Positions 8,123 through 17,929 of a stretch of 32,230 nt of DNA are shown one piece after another. How positions within the stretch are numbered: the stretch's first letter is position 1; every line of letters starts with the position of its first letter. Below the pieces are notes generated by a model, which was not told the DNA's origin, ran no database searches, and was given only the letters and a program-made list of their open reading frames with translations. The stretch is from an uncultured Clostridia bacterium (GTDB lineage Bacteria; Bacillota; Clostridia; TANB77; CAG-508): positions 1 through 32,230 of the forward strand of contig CALXHD010000003.1 in assembly GCA_944388015.1 (NCBI GenBank), read 5' to 3'. The position numbers and the translations under genes were made by a program.

Positions 8123-8959
8123 TTAATATGTCAAATATCTTTGTAATCCATCCTCCCAAGATGGAATTGTTATACCTTGTGACAACAATTTTGTTTTATC
8201 TAGTTGCGAATTTTTAGGTCTTTTGGCAGGTCTTACAAATTCTTCAGATGTAACAGGTTTTACTTTAGTTGTAATATCTGAAAGTTCATATATTTTTTTA
8301 GTAAATTCATACCATGTAGTAAATCCTTGATTTGTCGCATGATATAATCCATATGGTATTTTTTTCTCTATAGCTTGTCCAATAATATCTGCTAAATCCT
8401 CAGCATATGTTGGACTTCCATGTTGATCTGAAACAACTGAAACTTCATCATGATTTTTTGCTAAGTTAAGCATTGTTCTAACAAAATTATTTCCATCTCC
8501 ATATAGCCATGCAGTTCTAAAAATATAGTATTTATCAGTATTATCTTTTACTCCTTGTTCTCCATGTAATTTTGTTTTTCCATAAACTGTTACTGGTCCA
8601 ACTGCATCATCTTCAACATATGATTTTGAAACATCTAAGTCACCATTAAATACATAATCTGTACTTATATGAACCAAAGTTGCATCTACTAGTTTTGATG
8701 CAAGTGCCAAATTTGCTGGTCCATCTCCATTTATCTTATCAGCCAAATCATATACCTCTTCAGCTTTATCAACTGCTGTATATGCTGCACAATTAATTAT
8801 ATATTCAGGTTTTAAATCTTGGACAAATTCTAGTACTTGGTCTTTATTAGTAATATCCAATTCAGAAACATCTGTACAAATTAATTCATTTCCTTTTTTT
8901 AGTCTTTCTTTAACTGATTTAGCAAGCATTCCGTTTGCTCCTGTAATTAAAATTTTCAT
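8123..8959 (-). CDS. rmlD: dTDP-4-dehydrorhamnose reductase
   Basis: GANGML, NCAAYTAVDKAE, STDYVF, YGKTK, DQHGSPT. Start at 8959 after GGAGTG. Confidence 0.95.
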   Translation of the reverse strand: MKILITGANGMLAKSVKERLKKGNELICTDVSELDITNKDQVLEFVQDLKPEYIINCAAYTAVDKAEEVYDLADKINGDGPANLALASKLVDATLVHISTDYVFNGDLDVSKSYVEDDAVGPVTVYGKTKLHGEQGVKDNTDKYYIFRTAWLYGDGNNFVRTMLNLAKNHDEVSVVSDQHGSPTYAEDLADIIGQAIEKKIPYGLYHATNQGFTTWYEFTKKIYELSDITTKVKPVTSEEFVRPAKRPKNSQLDKTKLLSQGITIPSWEDGLQRYLTY

Positions 8960-8978
8960 ACTCTTCACTCCCACAAAC

Positions 8979-9007
8979 ATATTATCATTTTTATAAAAAA
9001 ATTACAA
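8979..9007 (-). promoter_or_regulatory. Putative sigmaA promoter for rmlD
   Basis: TTGTAA-N17-TAATAT with TGn extension. Confidence 0.5.
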
Positions 9008-9029
9008 GTTTTTCTGTATAATAATATAT

Positions 9030-9968
9030 CTAAAAATTAATTTTATCTTTTATTATATATTCTGGTCTTCCTCTACTTTCATCATATATTCTAGCAATAT
9101 ACTCAGATAAAATCCATATAGAAATTAATTGAACACCTGCAAAAAATGTAACAGCAATCATAATAGAAGTCCAACCTGCAGATAATTGATTAAGTTTGAA
9201 AAAGTATGATACTAGTGCATATATTATTAATAAAACAGAAATAATCACACAAAAAATACCTACCATTCCCAATATCTTCAACGGTTTTGTTGAAAAACTA
9301 ATAATTCCATCTGCTGCAAGTTTCAACATTTTCTTTAAAGGATATTTTGTTTTTCCTGCAAATCTCTCTTGTCTTTCATAATCAAATTCTTTTTGATTAT
9401 ATCCAACCCAGCTAAATAATCCTCTTAAAAATTTATTATGTTCAGGAAGTTTGTTTATTGTATCAACTACTTTTCTATCAACTAAACGGAAATCACCTGT
9501 ATCTTTTGGAATCTCAACATCTGATAATGAATTCAGTATTTTATAAAACATTTTAGCAGTAAATAATTTAAAGTGGCTCTCCCCTTCTCTTGTCTTTCTT
9601 TTTCCATAAATTACTTCATTACCCTGTTCCCATAATTTAAGCATATCAGGTATTAATTCAGGTGGATCTTGAAGGTCTGCATCAATTATAACTATTGCAT
9701 CTCCTGTAACATTTCTTAACCCTGCTGTTACTGCTGCTTGATGTCCAAAATTTCTTGAAAAAGAAATAACTTTTAATTTATCATCATTTTTTGCAAGCCT
9801 TTCTAAAATTTCTAATGTTTTGTCTTTGCTTCCATCATTTATACAAATTATTTCATAATCATAGTTATCCAAACCATCTAAAACAGTTTTAACTCTATTA
9901 TAACATTGTTCTACAACTTCTTCTTCATAATACATTGGTATAATTAATGATATTTTTTTATTTTCCAT
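9030..9968 (-). CDS. GtrB/CsbB/YkoT-like polyprenol-phosphate glycosyltransferase (GT2)
   Basis: INDGS.D, SRNFGHQAA, DADLQDPP, GDFRL, two C-terminal TM helices. Confidence 0.9.
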   Translation of the reverse strand: MENKKISLIIPMYYEEEVVEQCYNRVKTVLDGLDNYDYEIICINDGSKDKTLEILERLAKNDDKLKVISFSRNFGHQAAVTAGLRNVTGDAIVIIDADLQDPPELIPDMLKLWEQGNEVIYGKRKTREGESHFKLFTAKMFYKILNSLSDVEIPKDTGDFRLVDRKVVDTINKLPEHNKFLRGLFSWVGYNQKEFDYERQERFAGKTKYPLKKMLKLAADGIISFSTKPLKILGMVGIFCVIISVLLIIYALVSYFFKLNQLSAGWTSIMIAVTFFAGVQLISIWILSEYIARIYDESRGRPEYIIKDKINF

Positions 9969-11583
9969 GATTTAAAATCTCCTTTTTAATCTTATTGCTA
10001 CATTCTAAAATTATATTTTTTCCTTTAATTTTATCATAAAATTTACTAAGTCCATATGCACAATATGGTAATAGTATTAAGTAATATTGTAATACGTAAA
10101 TTGCTTTTGTTTCCCATATCATGTGGAATACAAATCCTCCCAAAAATATAATTGGTAAGAGTACATGTTTTGATTCATCTCTCTTATATATTTTTAATAT
10201 TCCATATGCTCCAAATATAAATATAATTACTTGATATGCATTAAAATATATTTCTTCAATTTCAAATGCAGTTCCACCTAGCATACTTTTTACAAAAGTT
10301 TTTGTTTCAAAATAATCTTTATATTCAGGATACATTACAAGTTTTGGTCCAGGTTTAGAACACCACACAGTTTGAAATGTTGGATTAAGCCATGTAGAGG
10401 CATATTTTTCCGAATAGTATCCAAACATATATACAGGATGTGTTGACATATATTTAGTTCTATCTACTAATAATTTCTTAGCCATATCTGAAGCTTTTTG
10501 TGTGTCTTGTCCACATTCATCATAAATTTCCATTGTATCTGCTGTATACCAGCCGGGTGATAGTGCTCTAGGTTCCGCCATTCCCATATATAAATAAGAT
10601 ATCATTGGTATTCCATCAGGTAATTTTACATCTAATGATTTTTCTATGTAATTATAAAAACTGGCTTTACCAAGCAAATATATTAAAATTATGCATATTG
10701 CACCCAAAATATCTCTTACCTTTTTATTTTTTATAAATTCATATATTAATGTACACATTATACCACATAAAAATATATTGTAATTACTTTTTAGTATAAT
10801 TGAAATTAATATAAATAATCCTATTAAAAATAATTTATATATTTTTTTACTTTCTAAATAAGATATAGTTGCATATATTGCAAAAAGTGCAAACATGAGT
10901 CCAATTATATTGCCATATATATGTGGGTTAAAAAATAGAAAATATAATGAAAACCCAAATATTAATAAAAAAGCAATTTTTGATGTTACATTATCTTTAA
11001 ATAATTTTTTTGTAATTAAATACATTGTATATAATATTACCAACGAATATACTACATTTAATATTTCTAGATTCATATAGTCTGTAGAATTAAAAATATG
11101 GTAAATTATATCTACATATTTAGAAAAACCTATTTGAAATGGATATCTACCTATATACCCATATGGTTTAGTATAATAGTCCATCTTTTCTTTATTATGC
11201 CAGTCTTCACCAATTTGTACAACATCTGATTGATCTGCAACAGGCATAGTTTTTAAATTTAGCACCCATATTAATTGAGTTATAAATATAACCAAAAAAC
11301 CTATCAAAACTATTTTTTTATATATCTTAGAATTAATTTTTGTGAATTTATATATAAGAAAAAGCATCAAAGGTATCAAAATTATATTTAATATTATTAT
11401 ATCTGCTTTATATAGTGTTAATTCATTTGCTGACTCAGGTCTTTGCTCAAAATATGCAGTAATAAAAAATGAGCTAATACCTATAAATAACATAAGAAAA
11501 ATAATTACAACAAATATAATTCTTACAATATTTTTAGGTATTTTTTGATATAGCTTTTCTTTTGTTTCTATTTCGTCTTGCAT
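9958..11583 (-). CDS. Multi-pass membrane protein, putative GT-C fold (PMT/ArnT-like) glycosyltransferase
   Basis: About 12 hydrophobic segments, first loop with PVAD..Y..RYP, C-terminal FHMIWETK..Y. Lies between two GtrB-like genes. Confidence 0.65.
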   Translation of the reverse strand: MQDEIETKEKLYQKIPKNIVRIIFVVIIFLMLFIGISSFFITAYFEQRPESANELTLYKADIIILNIILIPLMLFLIYKFTKINSKIYKKIVLIGFLVIFITQLIWVLNLKTMPVADQSDVVQIGEDWHNKEKMDYYTKPYGYIGRYPFQIGFSKYVDIIYHIFNSTDYMNLEILNVVYSLVILYTMYLITKKLFKDNVTSKIAFLLIFGFSLYFLFFNPHIYGNIIGLMFALFAIYATISYLESKKIYKLFLIGLFILISIILKSNYNIFLCGIMCTLIYEFIKNKKVRDILGAICIILIYLLGKASFYNYIEKSLDVKLPDGIPMISYLYMGMAEPRALSPGWYTADTMEIYDECGQDTQKASDMAKKLLVDRTKYMSTHPVYMFGYYSEKYASTWLNPTFQTVWCSKPGPKLVMYPEYKDYFETKTFVKSMLGGTAFEIEEIYFNAYQVIIFIFGAYGILKIYKRDESKHVLLPIIFLGGFVFHMIWETKAIYVLQYYLILLPYCAYGLSKFYDKIKGKNIILECSNKIKKEILNHGK

Positions 11584-11612
11584 TTTTATGACCATCCCCT
11601 TCTAATGTTAGT

Positions 11613-12557
11613 TTAAGAATCTAATTCTTCCTCTGTTTCTTTTATAATATATATTGGCCTATGTTTAACTTCTAAATATGTTTTAGATAAATACTGACCT
11701 ATAATACCCAACGAAAATAATTGTACTCCACTTACTAAAAATATAATACATACTAATGATGGCCAACCACTTGTAGGGTCACCATATACTAACGTTTTAA
11801 ATATTATTACTAAAATTAATAAAAATGCAATTAAACAAAATAATAAACCTATAATAGATGACATTATAAGTGGAACTGTAGAAAATGCTGTAATTCCTTC
11901 TATTGCATATTTAACTAATTTCCAAAATGACCACTTAGTCTCCCCTGCTACCCTTTTTACATTCTCATATTCTAACCATTTTGTTTTAAATCCAACAAAT
12001 GTAAATATTCCTTTGGAATATCTATTATATTCTCTCATAGAAATAATACTATTTGCAACTTGTCTCTTCATAAGTCTATAATCTCTTGCACCATCTACCA
12101 TTTCTATATCAGACATTTTGTTTATCAGCTTATAAAACATCCTTGCAAAAAAGCTTCTAATAGGAGGCTCTCCTTTTCTTGTTACTCTTCTTGTTGCAAC
12201 ACAATCATAATCTTCATTTTTTATAATATCATACATTTGTCTTAATAAATATGGAGGATCTTGAAGGTCTGCATCCATTAATGTAACATAGTCCCCAGTT
12301 GCTTTATCAAGCCCTGCAAGCATTGCAGCTTCTTTCCCAAAATTTCTTGAAAAAGATATAAATTTTACTTTATCATCCTTTTTATGTAATTCTTTAATTT
12401 CTTCTAAAGTATCATCTTTTGATCCATCATCTACAAAAATATACTCAAATTCTTCATTTGGAAAATCCTGTTTTCTTACTCTTTCTATTTCTTGATAAAA
12501 TAATGGAATACTTTCTTGTTCATTATAACATGATACAATTACTGATATTTTTTCCAT
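11613..12557 (-). CDS. GtrB-like polyprenol-phosphate glycosyltransferase (GT2), second paralog
   Basis: CYNEQ, VDDGS.D, SRNFGKEAAM, DADLQDPP, DGARDYRL, two C-terminal TM helices. Confidence 0.9.
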   Translation of the reverse strand: MEKISVIVSCYNEQESIPLFYQEIERVRKQDFPNEEFEYIFVDDGSKDDTLEEIKELHKKDDKVKFISFSRNFGKEAAMLAGLDKATGDYVTLMDADLQDPPYLLRQMYDIIKNEDYDCVATRRVTRKGEPPIRSFFARMFYKLINKMSDIEMVDGARDYRLMKRQVANSIISMREYNRYSKGIFTFVGFKTKWLEYENVKRVAGETKWSFWKLVKYAIEGITAFSTVPLIMSSIIGLLFCLIAFLLILVIIFKTLVYGDPTSGWPSLVCIIFLVSGVQLFSLGIIGQYLSKTYLEVKHRPIYIIKETEEELDS

Positions 12558-12577
12558 ATACAGTTCCTTTCTTGATT

Positions 12578-13354
12578 TTAATACTGAAATATTGTTTGTA
12601 TTATTTCTTCTGCACTAATTTTATTATCTTGGTTAGAATTAATAGCTAATAAAACACTATTATCACTAATAAATGGTTCTAATATTTGTGTAGGATCCAT
12701 TTTTTCAAATGGATATTCTGTTATTTCACCTGTAATATCATCTCTCATGTAACATGTACCTGTCATACTAATTACATATAACTTTTCTCCATTTATAAGG
12801 CTTTCTATTTTTTGTGCAGTCTCGTTTTGAGTATTAGAATCATCTTTTTTTGCTAGATATCCATCATCTTTTACTATGAAATTACTTATTTGTAAATTAT
12901 TTAATAGATTTATAAATTTTTCTCTTGAACTCTCTGCTATATATATTCCTGTATTATAAGGAAAAGTTTCTGATAATTTACTTACATCTTGTTCTGTTGG
13001 CATTCCGTTTTTTATTGCTCCTGCTAATGCTGTTTGAAATTGTATACTTGGTCTAATTTCAAGAGTCTTTCGACCATCATATTCTTCTGCAACTTCATAC
13101 ATATTTGGATTTGCATCTGATCCCATCTCATTTTTTAATGTATTTATTTCTTCTAATTCTTGATCAGTTATATTTTGGCTTTCTATATTTAAATTATTTT
13201 GCATTGCCTGATATTCTTCTTCATTTTGAATAGTATTTGTATTATCTACATTTTCTGTTTCTTTGCTATTTCTAGTAAATAGAAAAACACAAAATACTAT
13301 AATTAATACTATTGCAATTATAAAAATAACTAGTTTTTTCTTGTTTATTTTCAT
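12578..13354 (-). CDS. Hypothetical membrane-anchored extracellular protein
   Basis: Basic N-terminus and one hydrophobic helix, N/E/Q/T-rich linker, acidic globular domain. No family recognised. Confidence 0.75.
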   Translation of the reverse strand: MKINKKKLVIFIIAIVLIIVFCVFLFTRNSKETENVDNTNTIQNEEEYQAMQNNLNIESQNITDQELEEINTLKNEMGSDANPNMYEVAEEYDGRKTLEIRPSIQFQTALAGAIKNGMPTEQDVSKLSETFPYNTGIYIAESSREKFINLLNNLQISNFIVKDDGYLAKKDDSNTQNETAQKIESLINGEKLYVISMTGTCYMRDDITGEITEYPFEKMDPTQILEPFISDNSVLLAINSNQDNKISAEEIIQTIFQY

Positions 13355-13386
13355 ACCTCATCTCATTCCTTTTTATAGATATAATC

Positions 13387-13420
13387 TAGGTTGAAAATAA
13401 CTAACTTATTTTTCAACCTA
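13387..13420. terminator. Intergenic stem-loop (terminator or mRNA-stabilising hairpin)
   Basis: TAGGTTGAAAATAA / TTATTTTTCAACCTA with one bulge. The U-tract on the minus strand is poor. Confidence 0.45.
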
Positions 13421-13434
13421 CTTTACTATCTAAA

Positions 13435-16047
13435 TTATATACCTCTAAGCATTTCTAAAGTTGCCCAAATAAAATTATCACTATATCTTCTGCTAACAGA
13501 TTGGTTATGATTTGATATTTCAGGCAATTCTATTAATGCTGATCTACCAATATTTTTTCTTGCCCAATTTATTAAATATCCTCTACCATAGCTTCCAATA
13601 TGTGTTGGCAAATTGAAGTATTTTCTATAATATACACCTAATCCATCATCTCCAATAGATTCATTAAGCCATCCATGTAAATCTATTAAAATATTTTTAC
13701 CACTTGATGATTTATGTGATAATAAAAAGTCACGTAAATATCTTGCCTCATAAGATTGGAATCCTGATGTACCATTATAATTTCTTGCATCTGAATATCT
13801 AACATAGTTTTCTCCACTTATTTGCCAATTTCTATTTATATCAATTCCTTGTTTATTTGGTGCACTACTTACAAGAGAAGTTCTACCAGGTCCATTATTA
13901 GTCCATCCATATTTTTGTCCATCAGGGTTAGCATTTGGAAAAATATAGATTGTCCAATTATTATAAATATCTGAATCATTTGAATATGATAAATAGTAAT
14001 TAAATTGTTCTGCAATATATGTTAATTCTTCTCCATCATGGCTATATGAGTCCTCAAAACCGTGTACGGAAAATACTGCAAAAAATACATTATTTCCTCT
14101 TCCATATTTATAATATTTTAAATCAGTTCCTCTTGAATCACCATTTACCGCTAACCCTGATTTTCCATAAGTACCTTCTTCAAAAAATCTCTTAATTCCT
14201 GTATAAAGCTTAAATTTTTGACCATCTTTTCCATTATATTTAAATGTGTAAATCGTAGAACCATTTTGGGCTTTGTTATTATCTACAGATAAATACATAC
14301 CATTTAATTTAGAAATTATATAATAATATCCATTTCCAGCTTCTTTAATATACCATCTTTGACTATCATCTCCAGTTTTAGTATCCTGATATACATTTCC
14401 TGTCTTATTTGTTGTAAGTGCTTTATTTGAATGTTTTGCAAGTATTCTATATGAATCATCATCTTTATAATAATCTAAAATAAATTGTTGATTATCTCCA
14501 CCATTAGCAGTCCATATTTCAGCTTTTGTATCATTTGCATGACTTCCTCCTGTTATGTCCACAACATAATTAGAATTTAGTTTTGTTTCCATCTCATATG
14601 TTCCATTAGGATATATTTGGACTTTTTCTAGAATAAATTTTTGTGCATCTGTATTATTACTTTCCCATACTTGGATATTTGTTCTATTACTAGAATCTCC
14701 TTTATTTACATCTAAACATAAACTATTACTTCTTGAAATAAATTTATAATATCCATCACTAGTTTTGGTTATAATCCATTTTTGTGCACTAGAATCTACC
14801 CATTTATATTGTTGCACATTTGTTCCATTTGTTTGACCTGCGCCATTGACATCTAAAACCTTACCTGATTCTATAGATGTTATTTTATAATATCCTGTTC
14901 CTGATATTTCTTCAATACGAAATTTTTGGTTTTGATTATATGAATTTTTATAAACTTGAACATTTCCATAATCATCATGTGAAGCATGTGCTACATCTGC
15001 TACTTTTGATTGATCATATGGTAATTTAATTGAATATACTCCATCTTCTATTGTTTTTTTAGGTTCTACTTCTGTTACCTTTGTTAATACAAATTTTTGT
15101 GCAGAAGAACCATTTCCAGAATAACATTGAGCTTCTGTTCCTATTGTAGTACTCGTTCTAGGAATATCTAAATATAAATTATTACATTTTGAAATAATTG
15201 AATATTGACCATTTCCTATACTTTTAATAATCCATTTTTGACCATCTGAATTATGCCAATTATATTGTTGTACTCTTGCACCATCATAACTGTCTTCTTG
15301 ATATACATCTAATGCTCTACCTGAATAAACAGCTATAATTTTGTAATATCCATCTCCTAGATAAGTAATATCAAATCTTTGTGCTGTACATGCATTATTA
15401 TCCCCAATACACATTGCAATTGCATTATCTTTTGAAGCATTTTTAGCTTGTAATGCTCTTGATGTATTTGATGCCATAGATATTACATATCTTCCATCTT
15501 CTATTGTTTTTGTGCCTTTTTCAAATTCTACTTTATTTAATTTAAATTGTTGTCCTTTTGTATTATTTGATTGCCATGTTTGTATATTTGTTCCACTTTT
15601 AGCAATACCACCATTAACATCTAAATATTTTCCATTAGCTTTAGAAACAAATGAATAATATCCATTACCTACGTCAACAATTTTCCACATTTGTGCCTTA
15701 GAATTTATCCATTTATATTGTTCAACATTTGCCCCATTTTTGTTTTCGCCTTTATATACATCTAAAACCTTTCCTGAGTGCATTGCTTCAATCTTATAAT
15801 AGCCTCCACCAATATTTGTTATTTTAAACTTTTGGTGTTGTTTATTTTCATTTAAAGATATTTCTACATTTGTTAGATCATCTCTACCTCTTCCACTTAC
15901 TGTTACAAGTAAATCTTCATCTAATCTACTTGATATTGTATATATACCATTTTCAATGACATTGCTTGAAACAGCTTTTTGAGTAGGTATAAAAAATATT
16001 AAACAGGCAATAAATATAAATGTAACAAAAAAAAGTTTTTTCTTCAT
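13435..16047 (-). CDS. Secreted protein with four ricin-B-type lectin domains and a C-terminal M14 zinc carboxypeptidase domain
   Basis: Signal peptide. Four units of about 150 aa (starting IENG.Y, IEDG.Y, IEDG.Y, YPNG.Y) with LDV...NVQQ..AQKW/F repeats. HGFE, NPDG, GIDINRN, DLHG and IEL M14 motifs. Confidence 0.85.
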   Translation of the reverse strand: MKKKLFFVTFIFIACLIFFIPTQKAVSSNVIENGIYTISSRLDEDLLVTVSGRGRDDLTNVEISLNENKQHQKFKITNIGGGYYKIEAMHSGKVLDVYKGENKNGANVEQYKWINSKAQMWKIVDVGNGYYSFVSKANGKYLDVNGGIAKSGTNIQTWQSNNTKGQQFKLNKVEFEKGTKTIEDGRYVISMASNTSRALQAKNASKDNAIAMCIGDNNACTAQRFDITYLGDGYYKIIAVYSGRALDVYQEDSYDGARVQQYNWHNSDGQKWIIKSIGNGQYSIISKCNNLYLDIPRTSTTIGTEAQCYSGNGSSAQKFVLTKVTEVEPKKTIEDGVYSIKLPYDQSKVADVAHASHDDYGNVQVYKNSYNQNQKFRIEEISGTGYYKITSIESGKVLDVNGAGQTNGTNVQQYKWVDSSAQKWIITKTSDGYYKFISRSNSLCLDVNKGDSSNRTNIQVWESNNTDAQKFILEKVQIYPNGTYEMETKLNSNYVVDITGGSHANDTKAEIWTANGGDNQQFILDYYKDDDSYRILAKHSNKALTTNKTGNVYQDTKTGDDSQRWYIKEAGNGYYYIISKLNGMYLSVDNNKAQNGSTIYTFKYNGKDGQKFKLYTGIKRFFEEGTYGKSGLAVNGDSRGTDLKYYKYGRGNNVFFAVFSVHGFEDSYSHDGEELTYIAEQFNYYLSYSNDSDIYNNWTIYIFPNANPDGQKYGWTNNGPGRTSLVSSAPNKQGIDINRNWQISGENYVRYSDARNYNGTSGFQSYEARYLRDFLLSHKSSSGKNILIDLHGWLNESIGDDGLGVYYRKYFNLPTHIGSYGRGYLINWARKNIGRSALIELPEISNHNQSVSRRYSDNFIWATLEMLRGI

Positions 16048-16060
16048 AAAAATACATCTC

Positions 16061-16483
16061 CTATTTATTTTTTTTCCTAAATATGATTAATTTACTAAAT
16101 ACATAATTTACTATAACTACCATAACTTGTGTTACAATTTTAGCAAATAAATCATTTATATTAAATACCTTTACCATAATGGCAAAAGTACCAACGTCAC
16201 ACAAAATGCCTGAAACAATTCTTGCTAAGAAAAAAGAACCCATCTCTATTAATATAGCCTTAATTCCTTCTGTTTTACTTTCAAATACAAATAATTTATT
16301 AGTAATATATGCAAATAAAACTGAGAAAAACCATGAAATACCACTACTTAAAACTTCATCTATTCCCATGAGTCTTGCAACAATAAAATATGTAACAAAA
16401 TTAACAACTGTTGCAAGCCCTCCAAATACAAGATAATTTATAATTTCTTTGTATTTGAAATACTGTTCTTTAATTTTTTCCAT
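16061..16483 (-). CDS. GtrA family lipid-linked monosaccharide flippase
   Basis: YLVFGGLATVVN, FAYITNKLFVF, NYVFSKLIIF, four TM helices. Start at ATG 16483 or GTG 16501. Confidence 0.9.
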   Translation of the reverse strand: MEKIKEQYFKYKEIINYLVFGGLATVVNFVTYFIVARLMGIDEVLSSGISWFFSVLFAYITNKLFVFESKTEGIKAILIEMGSFFLARIVSGILCDVGTFAIMVKVFNINDLFAKIVTQVMVVIVNYVFSKLIIFRKKNK

Positions 16484-16539
16484 AAATTTTAGCCACACCA
16501 CCTTTCAGTATTAATACATTTTTTAATAAAAATGTGTTA

Positions 16540-17487
16540 CTATTTTGTTTGATTATTTTTTGAATTTTCTATATCTGTATATCTTGAAAGTTGCAATTCA
16601 TAATTTTCTCTATTTTGTTTTACTACAGTATCCAAAATAACTCCACATTGTGCTGTAATTAAAGCAAAAATCATAATTCCTGTGGCTAAAACTGCTGAAG
16701 GAACTTTTGTAATATAATTTGTTTTTATAAATTCTATAATTACCGGTATGCCTACAATTAATCCTAATATAATAAAAATTAGTGAAATTACCCAAAAGAA
16801 TTGTCTTGGTTTAAAATCTTTAAACATTTTAATAATTGTCTCTACTACTTTTATTCCGTCACTTACAGTATTTAATTTTGAGACACTTCCAGCTGGTCTA
16901 TCTCTATATACAATTGGTATCTCTTCTATTATAAATTTTTTATCAAGAGCATGTAATGACATTTCTGTTTCAATTTCAAATTTAGGACTCATAACAGGCA
17001 TATTTTTAACAAATATCTTATTAAAAACTCTATATCCTGTCATAATATCTTTTAAATTTGTCTTAAACAATACATTAATTGACTTTCTAACTAGATTATT
17101 TCCAAATTCATGGAAATGCCTTTTATTTTCTTTTTGATATGTTCCATTTGTAAGCCTGTCCCCTATTACCATATCTGCTCTTCCTTCTTCAATTGGCTTA
17201 ATCAATTTATGGACTTCTTCTGCTGGATATGTGTCATCTCCATCTACCATAACATAGATATCTGCGTCAACATCTCTAAACATGCTTCTTACAACATTTC
17301 CTTTTCCTTGTCTGTATTCATGTCTTACTATTGCTCCATTTCTTCTTGCAATTTCTGCTGTTTTATCTTTTGAATTGTTATCATATACATATATATCTGC
17401 ATTTGGTAATTCTTTTTTAAAATCTTTTATAACTTTTTCAATAGTTAATTCTTCATTATAACATGGTATTAATACAGCGATTTTCAT
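16540..17487 (-). CDS. DPM1-like GT2 polyprenol-phosphate (HexNAc?) glycosyltransferase
   Basis: IPCYNE, YDNNS.D, QGKG, VDGDDTYP, DIMTGYR, FEIETE, two C-terminal TM helices. Confidence 0.85.
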   Translation of the reverse strand: MKIAVLIPCYNEELTIEKVIKDFKKELPNADIYVYDNNSKDKTAEIARRNGAIVRHEYRQGKGNVVRSMFRDVDADIYVMVDGDDTYPAEEVHKLIKPIEEGRADMVIGDRLTNGTYQKENKRHFHEFGNNLVRKSINVLFKTNLKDIMTGYRVFNKIFVKNMPVMSPKFEIETEMSLHALDKKFIIEEIPIVYRDRPAGSVSKLNTVSDGIKVVETIIKMFKDFKPRQFFWVISLIFIILGLIVGIPVIIEFIKTNYITKVPSAVLATGIMIFALITAQCGVILDTVVKQNRENYELQLSRYTDIENSKNNQTK

Positions 17488-17582
17488 TTTTAAACTTTCT
17501 CCTTTTTGTTATTACAAATATAATATAACACAAACATTCTAAAATTTCTACAATTATATTCAATTTTTTTATTTTTTTAGTG

Positions 17583-17828
17583 ACAATTCACTTACATAAT
17601 TCTAATTACTTAAAAGAATTATATACTATATTTCATAAATTTTCCGGTTTCAATACATTTATTAAGAATTTCTAACAAGAATTTTACGGCTCCCTTCCAA
17701 TATTTCATATTGAACACTTTCCGTAAAATTCTTTAAGAAATTCTAAATAAACTCCAATCAAACTACAAATTTATTCAATATAGTATATAATTCTTTTTTA
17801 ATATATTTTAAAATTGCAAGTGAATTGT
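17583..17828. repeat. Nested imperfect palindrome of about 246 bp
   Basis: Perfect paired blocks: 17583-17593/17818-17828, 17612-17632/17777-17797 (21 bp), 17635-17642/17767-17774, 17665-17673/17736-17744, 17677-17689/17721-17733, 17698-17703/17707-17712. Confidence 0.9.
17625..17653 (-). promoter_or_regulatory. sigmaA-like promoter within the left arm of the palindrome, facing the GT2-gtrA operon
   Basis: TTGAAA-N17-TATAGT on the minus strand. Confidence 0.5.
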
Positions 17829-17881
17829 AACTTTTTCTATATAAGAGAACAGGAACAATAATTATAATTTAGTAAAATTAC

Positions 17882-17924
17882 AAAAACTAAAAGATTATAC
17901 ATTATTTATAACATATAATCTTTT
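17882..17924 (-). terminator. Intrinsic terminator
   Basis: AAAAGATTATA (17889-17899) / TATAATCTTTT (17914-17924) stem, extended by G-U pairs on the minus strand and followed by a U-rich tract, just after the stop at 17930. Confidence 0.6.
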
Positions 17925-17929
17925 TAATC

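Noticed and set aside
9664-12275. Identical 20-mer GGATCTTGAAGGTCTGCATC at 9664-9683 and 12256-12275
   Set aside because: It encodes the conserved DADLQDP motif in two GtrB paralogs. Protein constraint and codon bias explain it.
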